Part shown: piece by piece, positions 1-7,856 of the stretch
How positions within the stretch are numbered: position 1 is the first letter of the stretch
How the letters are laid out: every line of letters starts with the position of its first letter
From: an uncultured virus (IMG/VR IMGVR_UViG_3300013936_000024)
Taxonomy: Duplodnaviria > Heunggongvirae > Uroviricota > Caudoviricetes
IMG/VR virus record: IMGVR_UViG_3300013936_000024
Length of the DNA stretch: 64,000 bases
Direction: 5' to 3' (one strand)
Program-made: the position numbers and the translations under genes
The notes under the pieces: generated by a model
What the model saw: only the letters and a program-made list of their open reading frames with translations
Told to the model about the DNA's origin: nothing
The model's database searches: none

Positions 1-120
1 AACACCCACTTTCGAGCAGCGAGCTGCCCCTGAGTGGCAGGGTGTCGTCAATCACCCGATCGTCCGCAGTCCACTGATTTCGTGACAAGCCCACAAGTCT
101 TCAGCCTGTGGGTAATTGAC
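1..120 (-). mobile_element. End of an IS200/IS605-superfamily element (omegaRNA/HEARO-like structured sequence), partial
   Basis: GC-rich island. The minus strand reads GTCAATTACCCACAGGCTGAAGACTTGTGGGCTTG...GGGTGATTGAC, a subterminal hairpin plus outer stem resembling IscB/TnpB element ends. It changes abruptly to AT-rich DNA at 121. Confidence 0.6.
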
Positions 121-412
121 TACTTCCATTATCTAAAGTTGATATTGAACGTATAATTGCTTTAATATCAGCAGTATCCTTTTCATAAGTCCTTTCATCT
201 TTTTCATGTTCGACTATTGATATACTTGTCTTAATTTCACGAACATGCTTGATAAACCCTGCTTTCTCCATAACTTCAGACGAAAACAAATATCCTTTCT
301 TTATTAAATCAATAATTTCTTTTCTGTCAAATATCAATTTATCATTTATTGTTGTTGCCTTGTATTTACCTTCAGGTACACGAGATTTTAAATTAAGTGT
401 TTTTCCCATCAT
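101..412 (-). CDS. Hypothetical protein, C-terminus probably truncated by the IS end
   Basis: 103 aa ORF whose last codons (QLPTG*) lie inside the IS-like hairpin. Confidence 0.55.
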   Translation of the reverse strand: MMGKTLNLKSRVPEGKYKATTINDKLIFDRKEIIDLIKKGYLFSSEVMEKAGFIKHVREIKTSISIVEHEKDERTYEKDTADIKAIIRSISTLDNGSSQLPTG

Positions 413-590
413 TAATATAATTAAAATATTCGTGACATAAATATTATCACACGTATTTAAAATTAAATTATCTAATGGTGTTACACATATTATGTCTTTT
501 TATTTTTCATCTCTATATTTATATTATGAAAAGAGTAGCCTGCTTATAAGTGTAGCTGTATTTGAACTTAAACGCACCTTGTATTTGCAA

Positions 591-1751
591 TTAGGCTACT
601 TTTTCTGTTTTTGTAAATTCATTTATCATTTCTTCGGTTATTGTTATTTTTTTCTTACCTTGGTTTCCACCATATTCAAACATTATGTCCATCAATATAT
701 TCTCAATAATCTTTTTTAGACCTCTTGCTCCTGTTTTAGTAACGATCGCTTCTTTTGCAATATTAAGAAGTGCTTCGTCAGTAAAGTTAAGCTCGACATC
801 ATCCATATACATTAATTTCTGATATTGCTTAATGATGGAATTCTTAGTCTCGGTCAAAATTCTTACCATATCGTTTTCAGACAAAGGATTCGTGTGAGTA
901 ATTATAGGGAAACGACCCAATAGTTCAGGAATAATACCAAATTTCCTAATATCAGAAGTCTCCACCTTTTCCAACGGATTACTCTTGATTTTTTCCTTCT
1001 GTTCATTCACGCCATTAAAGCCAATACGACTTGTATTAAGTCTTTTCTCGATGACTTTATCAATACCGTCGAACGCTCCCAATGCGATAAACAGAATATT
1101 AGTAGTATCAATGTCAATACATTCTTGATTAGGATGTTTTCTTCCCCCTTGAGGAGGCACACTTACAATACCACCTTCGACAATTTTCAATAAACCTTGT
1201 TGCACACCCTCTCCACTGACATCACGTGTTATCGACATATTTTCGCCCTTAGTGGCGATTTTATCAAATTCATCAATGATTACGATGCCACATTGCGCTT
1301 GTTCTATGTTATAATCGCACGTTTTGAGAAGACCTACCAATATATTCTCGACATCATCACCTACGTAACCAGACTCAGTTAGCTTCGTTGCATCGGCAAC
1401 ATAACAAGGAATATGTAGATATTTGCATAAAGTCTTAATCATATATGTTTTGCCTGTACCAGTATTTCCCAAAATCAACATATTTGATTTGTCAATGGTT
1501 ACATCTTTAAATTTTTCATACCCTTTGATGCCATCCGTTGCGTGATACACATTGGATAAGAAACGTTTAAAATGATTGTAAACTGTGACTGACAACACCT
1601 TTTTTGCCTCTTCTTGACCAATAACGAAATCACTAAGATGATTATATAATTGTTTCGGAGATGGCATAAAGAAATTCTTTTCGTTATTGGCGTTATTTAT
1701 CTCCTTGCTTTCTTTGTTATTAGCCTTAACAATACTGTTCTTTTCTGACAT
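591..1751 (-). CDS. clpX: ATP-dependent Clp protease ATP-binding subunit ClpX (no N-terminal Zn-binding domain)
   Basis: [13 protein letters not shown], Walker [26 protein letters not shown], Walker [32 protein letters not shown] loop, TGARGL. Confidence 0.95.
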   Translation of the reverse strand: MSEKNSIVKANNKESKEINNANNEKNFFMPSPKQLYNHLSDFVIGQEEAKKVLSVTVYNHFKRFLSNVYHATDGIKGYEKFKDVTIDKSNMLILGNTGTGKTYMIKTLCKYLHIPCYVADATKLTESGYVGDDVENILVGLLKTCDYNIEQAQCGIVIIDEFDKIATKGENMSITRDVSGEGVQQGLLKIVEGGIVSVPPQGGRKHPNQECIDIDTTNILFIALGAFDGIDKVIEKRLNTSRIGFNGVNEQKEKIKSNPLEKVETSDIRKFGIIPELLGRFPIITHTNPLSENDMVRILTETKNSIIKQYQKLMYMDDVELNFTDEALLNIAKEAIVTKTGARGLKKIIENILMDIMFEYGGNQGKKKITITEEMINEFTKTEKVA

Positions 1752-1792
1752 TTAACCTTTAATTTTTAATTAACATTTTGATTTTCTCGTTG

Positions 1793-1823
1793 CAAAGATA
1801 CAACATTATTTTGAAACAACAAA
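1793..1823 (-). promoter_or_regulatory. Bacteroidota sigmaA-type promoter for clpX
   Basis: Minus strand TTTG-N19-TATCTTTG matches the -33/-7 consensus TTTG-N19-21-TAnnTTTG. Confidence 0.75.
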
Positions 1824-1860
1824 AGTTTTCTATTTATTTTATAGTTAAAGTTTCTAAAAT

Positions 1861-3663
1861 ATGTTGAATGATTTAAAGTTGGCGGATAATAATTTTGATA
1901 AACAACTAAGAGAGAATGATATAATCGTCGTTTTCAGAGGGAACGTTTACATATTCAATTACGATGGACTACGACAAAGAGATTATGATATTGATAGGAC
2001 AGTATCATTATTACAAAAGTTATGTCAACGTTATAAAGGAATGTATGACATCATATTTGATGAGAATGGTAATTTAAGAGACATATTCAGTAACCACTAT
2101 TATCGAAATATGTACGATGCCTTATTCAACTTTGAGAATATGCCGAAAATCTTAGTAGGTCAAATATTTTGGGAACATAATGGTTATGTTTTATCCATTA
2201 ATAACGAGAGCTATGATGTATACAACTCGAAAGAATTATACGAATTATTAAATCTCGTTCAATTTAAAAATAAGATAAATAAATTAGAAATAAATGGTAA
2301 ACTCGTCGATATACCGAATTCAAAGCCTTTAGACATACCATTAACCAAACAATTGTATCACGGCACTACCTCACGCTATTTATCATCTATACTCCATAAA
2401 GGTTTAAGACCCACAAAAGAAAATTCAATATTCGATGTCGATAACGATAGCTTTGTATTCCTAACAAGCGATTATGCTATTGCTGAGGAATATGCTTTAA
2501 GTTATTCAAGGGATATCGGTGGGAAAATGGTGGTATTAGTAATAAATTCAAACCATCTTGATACTGATAAGATAGTCTTGGATTATGATTTCGAAAACTC
2601 GTTTGTTGATGACTGTGAGATTTCTGTGTATACAGGAAAACCAATATCAGACAGAAATATGGGAAAATATCATAAGGGTAATGTAGTGTCATCAAATGGT
2701 CGTTATGGAACTAAGTTCTCAAAAGTAGGTTATAAAGGACTAATTATGCCTAATGCCATTGAAGCTTGCTATATATACGAGGGGAACAATAATACCTCGT
2801 CACCAAAATATTATAATAGGACGGAAGCTTTAGCAATGATAGATAAGATGAAAAATGAAAGTATAAATTATAATATAAACGAGGTAAATTCTTCGGAATT
2901 AAATCTCAATTCATTTAATATTCGAAATACATTGAATGAAAAATTTTGGGTGAAGGATAATAAGAAAGATAAATACCTTCTATCTTCAAAAGTAAGATTA
3001 CGCTTATTGGATATTGCCGATGATTTTATCAAAGAATTATCGGTATCATGGGTCAAACCCGTCGACATACAATTTACAGGCTCATTGGCGAACTACAATT
3101 GGTCAAGATATTCTGATGTTGACTTGCATATTTTATATGATTTCAAGAAAATATATAAGAAACCTGAATTTGTTGATGATTACTTCAAAGCAAAGAAAGA
3201 GGTGTGGTTAAAGAACCATAAGACATTAAAGATATACGGCTACCCTATTGAAATCAGTGTAGAGGATTCCAGCGAAAAAAATCCTTCAAGCGGCAAATAT
3301 TCACTTGAGGACAACAATTGGGTCGTAGAACCTTCCGATTTCCAAGATGCCAGACTTAATGCCAAATATATAAAAGATTACTCAGCAAAGGTAATGACTG
3401 AAATCGACAAGATTGATAATCAGATAGACAATGAGAATGATAGACATAAAATAGAGATTCTTGGTCAAAAAGTCGAGAAGATTTTCAACCGTCTAAAAAA
3501 TCTCAGGGCTGAAGGTCTAAAAAGCCGTCAAAAAGAAATGAGTAGCGGCAATATAATATATAAATTGATACGGCGAATGAAATATATCGATAAAATTTGG
3601 AACATCGCCAATAAAGCCTATGACAAGGTAAATAGCATTACCGAAGGAAAAAGAAATATTTAG
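1861..3663 (+). CDS. Multidomain protein: ADP-ribosyltransferase/Tpt1-like domain plus pol-beta-family nucleotidyltransferase
   Basis: LYHGTTSRYLSSILHKGLRP...VFLTSDYAIAEEYA (ART-like); FTGSLANYNWSRYSDVDLHIL (GS...DxD NTase). Confidence 0.7.
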   Translation: MLNDLKLADNNFDKQLRENDIIVVFRGNVYIFNYDGLRQRDYDIDRTVSLLQKLCQRYKGMYDIIFDENGNLRDIFSNHYYRNMYDALFNFENMPKILVGQIFWEHNGYVLSINNESYDVYNSKELYELLNLVQFKNKINKLEINGKLVDIPNSKPLDIPLTKQLYHGTTSRYLSSILHKGLRPTKENSIFDVDNDSFVFLTSDYAIAEEYALSYSRDIGGKMVVLVINSNHLDTDKIVLDYDFENSFVDDCEISVYTGKPISDRNMGKYHKGNVVSSNGRYGTKFSKVGYKGLIMPNAIEACYIYEGNNNTSSPKYYNRTEALAMIDKMKNESINYNINEVNSSELNLNSFNIRNTLNEKFWVKDNKKDKYLLSSKVRLRLLDIADDFIKELSVSWVKPVDIQFTGSLANYNWSRYSDVDLHILYDFKKIYKKPEFVDDYFKAKKEVWLKNHKTLKIYGYPIEISVEDSSEKNPSSGKYSLEDNNWVVEPSDFQDARLNAKYIKDYSAKVMTEIDKIDNQIDNENDRHKIEILGQKVEKIFNRLKNLRAEGLKSRQKEMSSGNIIYKLIRRMKYIDKIWNIANKAYDKVNSITEGKRNI

Positions 3664-3723
3664 GATAAATTTATCGTCATATCAATATATTTATTATTAA
3701 TAAAACTATTTAGTTAATTAAAT

Positions 3724-5250
3724 ATGAATTATCAAAACGAAAGTGAAGTTCAGAGAATGAAAGAGCTTATGGGCTATGGCATTAATGAACAAGTTGTTAA
3801 CACTGGCGGTTCTAAACCTATCGTAGAATATAAGATGAAAGCCGCTGACGGCAAGACATATGGAATTATCCACGAATGTAATAAGTTCTACATCAAGGTA
3901 GCACCTAAGAAAGATACTGAGGTTCTTGCTGAGGACTTTGATTACATTGGAGGATGGAATAATCGTAAGGAAAACGAATACAAGACATATGCGATGGCTT
4001 CAAAACAATTCGACCTTAAAATGATGTCAATCAACGAGGCAAACACGCATAAAGTAGAAATTCAACAATTCAAGCCTGTTGAATCGTCTGAATGGCAAAT
4101 CAATGAAACCAAAGAAATGAGGTCAGAGTTGGAACGTTTTAAACAAATCACAAACAATGTAGCCGTTATTTTGAAAGAGGACAAGGGTATATTACCTGCT
4201 GAACACACTTTACCTGAAGCACCTGCATCAAACCCATCAAAGGATAAGGTAAATTCTCCTTTCACTGACACTGCTATGGCAAACGGAGATAAAGACACCA
4301 AGCAGACAAGCACTGACCCTAAAAAAGAAGGACAGCCTTATGACAACGACGCAAATGTTACAGACAAAGATATGCAGTCCGATAAGAAGCCTAACGGGAA
4401 CGGAGAAGATACCTACTCAGAGAACGCAAAATACGCTCCTGACAATTCAGTAGCGACCAAGAAACCATCGGGAGGAAAAGTGGCAAAGGTGGATGAGGCA
4501 CAGCATAGGACATTCAAACTGACCGAGGAACAAGTGCTTGCTTGGAGTAAGAGCAAGGATTATCTTGATACTTCAAAGGGTACAGAAATTGGTAATAAAG
4601 CACCTTTCACTGAGAAACCATCCGATGTGAACGAGGAAAAAACAGTGCATGACACTGATAATCAGAACTCACCTACGCCTGGTAACGGAGAAATCGGTGA
4701 CGATGCCCCTTATACCGAAAAGGTGAACGAGGATTCGAACAATGTGGACGATGTCGCTGGTATGCCATCTGAAGAGGAAGACCACGATGACGTACCTTTC
4801 CCAGAAGTTGAAGATGGAGGTTCTTATCTTGATTTCGAAAAAGAATACAACGATTGGGAAGACAACGGTGGCGAAAACCAATATGATGTAGACCTCGACA
4901 GCTTTGACCTTGACGATGATGATGATTTCGAGGGCGTAAAAGGCGATGTCCTTGCGAATGATACCGCAAATTACGGAGACGACGATGACTTCTACGAGAG
5001 TAGAAACCGTAAGGACAAACGTACAATACGTGAAAGTGAACTTAATGTATTCGGCAAACATCCTGCATATAGGAAGAAGCCTATGACCACCCCTCCTAAT
5101 ACTGAGGTTGCCAAGAACGGTGCTAAGGATTGGAATGACGAAAGTGCAAAGGGAGAGAAGCCATTCGGAGAGAAAATAGGGTCATCGGCACCTTTCGACA
5201 AGGTAATCGATACCTTGACGGATGCCATAATGAAGAAGTTAAATTTCTGA
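3724..5250 (+). CDS. Acidic head-associated (scaffold/core-like) protein
   Basis: 508 aa, D/E-rich, repeated AP(F/Y)TEK..VNE motifs, and a ~45 aa motif shared with the scaffold at 18521. Confidence 0.6.
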   Translation: MNYQNESEVQRMKELMGYGINEQVVNTGGSKPIVEYKMKAADGKTYGIIHECNKFYIKVAPKKDTEVLAEDFDYIGGWNNRKENEYKTYAMASKQFDLKMMSINEANTHKVEIQQFKPVESSEWQINETKEMRSELERFKQITNNVAVILKEDKGILPAEHTLPEAPASNPSKDKVNSPFTDTAMANGDKDTKQTSTDPKKEGQPYDNDANVTDKDMQSDKKPNGNGEDTYSENAKYAPDNSVATKKPSGGKVAKVDEAQHRTFKLTEEQVLAWSKSKDYLDTSKGTEIGNKAPFTEKPSDVNEEKTVHDTDNQNSPTPGNGEIGDDAPYTEKVNEDSNNVDDVAGMPSEEEDHDDVPFPEVEDGGSYLDFEKEYNDWEDNGGENQYDVDLDSFDLDDDDDFEGVKGDVLANDTANYGDDDDFYESRNRKDKRTIRESELNVFGKHPAYRKKPMTTPPNTEVAKNGAKDWNDESAKGEKPFGEKIGSSAPFDKVIDTLTDAIMKKLNF

Positions 5251-5273
5251 AAGAAAGCCTAAGTGAACGAAAA

Positions 5274-5834
5274 GTGTTAAAGGTTAGTTCACCTCGTACT
5301 CAGGAAATGCCAATGGATGCGCAGTTAAACCAACCACCACAGGAAATGTCAATAAATGATACAACACCTATGGTTGATGATGCTACTCCTATGGACGGTC
5401 AAACGCCGATGGATAATAATGATGGTGATAATATTAATCCATACGACACGAACTTTGACGCTGGTATCGACACTAATGAAGATGATGACCCAAAGAGATA
5501 TATACAACAACTTACAGGAAAGTTAAGTCAATCGCTCAGAAAATATCAGCAAGAACTTCCAACTCCTGATTCAGATCTTGACAAATATGTCGCAGGAATG
5601 ATTTTAAAACAAACGACTGATGGATTGGACGATAAAGATGTTGATGAAATACTCAACAAAATGAAGGATGATGAAAGCCAAGATACGAATGAGGGTATTG
5701 AACGTGAAAACAGTTTGAATGAGTTGTTTCAAGAGTTAACTGGAAATACAGATGATGAAGAGGGATGTGAAATGAAAATAAATCACGATAGTTCATACCG
5801 TAAATCACCATTCATTGCACCTAAATTTGATTAA
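5274..5834 (+). CDS. Acidic hypothetical protein, probably the -1 frameshift extension of 3724..5250
   Basis: GTG-started ORF whose frame is open back across the upstream stop; contains YIQQLTGKLSQSLR. Confidence 0.6.
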   Translation: MLKVSSPRTQEMPMDAQLNQPPQEMSINDTTPMVDDATPMDGQTPMDNNDGDNINPYDTNFDAGIDTNEDDDPKRYIQQLTGKLSQSLRKYQQELPTPDSDLDKYVAGMILKQTTDGLDDKDVDEILNKMKDDESQDTNEGIERENSLNELFQELTGNTDDEEGCEMKINHDSSYRKSPFIAPKFD

Positions 5835-5852
5835 AAGTTAAATATTAATTAT

Positions 5853-5889
5853 AAAATAATAGGAACCAATGTTCCTATTATTTTTTTTT
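5853..5889 (+). terminator. Intrinsic terminator
   Basis: AAAATAATAGGAAC-caat-GTTCCTATTATTTT followed by a T run. Confidence 0.7.
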
Positions 5890-6032
5890 ATTATTATTAT
5901 TATTATTAAAAAAAAAATTAAAAATACACAAAATATAACAATTTATGATTGAACAATAAAAATAAATTGTATATTTGTATTATATAATAATATTATATAC
6001 AATAACAAGTTTATTATTTTAACTAATATAGT

Positions 6033-7502
6033 ATGAAAATTAAAAAATATAGTAAAGAAGATTTCATTTCAAAATCAATAGCAATTCATGGGGACAAATA
6101 TGATTATTCAAAAGTAAATTATTTAAATTCGAGAACCAAGGTTTGTATTATATGTCCTGAACATGGTGAATTTTGGCAAACCCCTCACAACCATCTAAAA
6201 GGGTATGGCTGTAGAAAATGTGGACAAACTATAACGGCTTCGGCGAGAGAAAAAACAACAGATAAATTTATTGAAGAAGCTATTAAAGTACACGGAAATA
6301 AATATATTTACACTAATACTATATATCACAAATGGAATCAAAAGGTTTGTATTACTTGTCCTAAACATGGTGAATTTTGGCAAACCCCATTCAATCATTT
6401 GAATGGAAGTGGTTGTCCGAAATGTGCAAATGAAAAAAGAAGTAAGGCAAATTTAATGGATATTTCTGAGTTTATTAAACGTTCAACATTACAACATAAG
6501 GGTAAATATACTTATGACAAATCTGTGTATAATGGCACTATGAAAGATATCATTATAACTTGCCCGATACACGGTGATTTTAAACAACTTCCAGATTGTC
6601 ATTTACGAGGGGGCGGCTGTCCTAAATGCGCAAAACAGGTTTCTAAAGCAGAAGATAAAATTTGTGAAATTCTAAAATGTTTAAACCCTCAACAGAGAGA
6701 TCGTAGCATCCTTAATGGGAAAGAAATAGATATCTATATTCCTTCGTTGAGAATAGGTATTGAATATAATGGGTTATGGTGGCATTCGGAAGAATTAGGA
6801 AAGGATAAAAACTATCATATAAACAAACTCGAAGAATGCAATAAACAAGGAATTAAACTAATTCAAATATTTGAGGATGAATGGGTTAATAATAAAGAAA
6901 TTTGTATTTCGAAGCTAAAACATCTTTGTAAAATAGATACTATTCCCAAGATTTACGCCAGAAAATGCAAGATTAAAGAAATTACGAATAAACAAGATGC
7001 TTATGATTTTTTATGTAAAAACCATATACAAGGTAAAACCGGTTTTACCGTCGGTATAGGCGGTTATTTTAATGAACGAATGGTGGCTGTAATGACATTC
7101 AAAAAAGTTAAAGATGGATGTTGGGAATTGAATAGATTTGCAACAGATATTAATTATCGCTGTATCGGTATCGGAGGTAAATTACTTACATATTTTATAA
7201 AGAATTACAATGTTGAAAATATAAAGACGTTTGCTGATAGAAGATGGACGATTGATAAAGATAATAACATATACACAAAGCTTGGCTTCAAGTTTAATTC
7301 GTTTGTAAGACCATCTTATTGGTATTATAAACAATCAGATGGTTGTGTTCGACTTCATAAATTTGGCTTCAGAAAACAATTATTGCATAAACGATACAAT
7401 TTACCATTATCGATGACTGAAAATGAAATGGTAAAAAGACTCGGTTATACGAAAATATGGGATTGCGGGTTAATAAAATATGTTTGGAAACCTTATAGAT
7501 AA
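6033..7502 (+). CDS. Hef-like homing endonuclease (Zn-ribbon repeats + PD-(D/E)xK + GNAT-like C-terminal domain)
   Basis: Three CPxHGxFxQ...HLxGxGCxKC repeats; EIDIYIPSLRIGIEYNGLWWH; ELNRF...FADRRW...IWDCG. Confidence 0.75.
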   Translation: MKIKKYSKEDFISKSIAIHGDKYDYSKVNYLNSRTKVCIICPEHGEFWQTPHNHLKGYGCRKCGQTITASAREKTTDKFIEEAIKVHGNKYIYTNTIYHKWNQKVCITCPKHGEFWQTPFNHLNGSGCPKCANEKRSKANLMDISEFIKRSTLQHKGKYTYDKSVYNGTMKDIIITCPIHGDFKQLPDCHLRGGGCPKCAKQVSKAEDKICEILKCLNPQQRDRSILNGKEIDIYIPSLRIGIEYNGLWWHSEELGKDKNYHINKLEECNKQGIKLIQIFEDEWVNNKEICISKLKHLCKIDTIPKIYARKCKIKEITNKQDAYDFLCKNHIQGKTGFTVGIGGYFNERMVAVMTFKKVKDGCWELNRFATDINYRCIGIGGKLLTYFIKNYNVENIKTFADRRWTIDKDNNIYTKLGFKFNSFVRPSYWYYKQSDGCVRLHKFGFRKQLLHKRYNLPLSMTENEMVKRLGYTKIWDCGLIKYVWKPYR

Positions 7503-7544
7503 TTGTTTAATATTTATTAATAATAAAACTTTATTTTTATTAAA

Positions 7545-7844
7545 ATGGGTAGAAATTTAAAGATTAGTGAAGACCAATATAAAAAAGCTTTAAGTGAAGG
7601 CATTACTTTAAACGCAGACGTGGATGCATGTAATGGAGACGTGAAACAAGCCATTGATAAGACCAAACAAAACGCAAAAAATAACGGAGTTGATTTAAGT
7701 AATGCTAACATTCAAATTCCTGCACAATCACAAAACGAAGGGAAAATTATTACTAAGAAACAGTTGCAGGAAAATCGTTTAAGGGTGTTAAAAGAAAACT
7801 CAGAATTATATTCTTTGAACGATTTTCTAAATAAATTGAAATAG
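7545..7844 (+). CDS. Hypothetical (putative internal head) protein
   Basis: 99 aa ORF starting MGRNLKISEDQYKKALSEG; TATTTAT upstream. Confidence 0.65.
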   Translation: MGRNLKISEDQYKKALSEGITLNADVDACNGDVKQAIDKTKQNAKNNGVDLSNANIQIPAQSQNEGKIITKKQLQENRLRVLKENSELYSLNDFLNKLK

Positions 7845-7856
7845 TATAAAAACATA

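Noticed and set aside
5884..5940. Low-complexity (TTA)n/poly-A tract as an origin
   Set aside because: No iterons or other support; may be simple AT-rich spacer or homopolymer noise.
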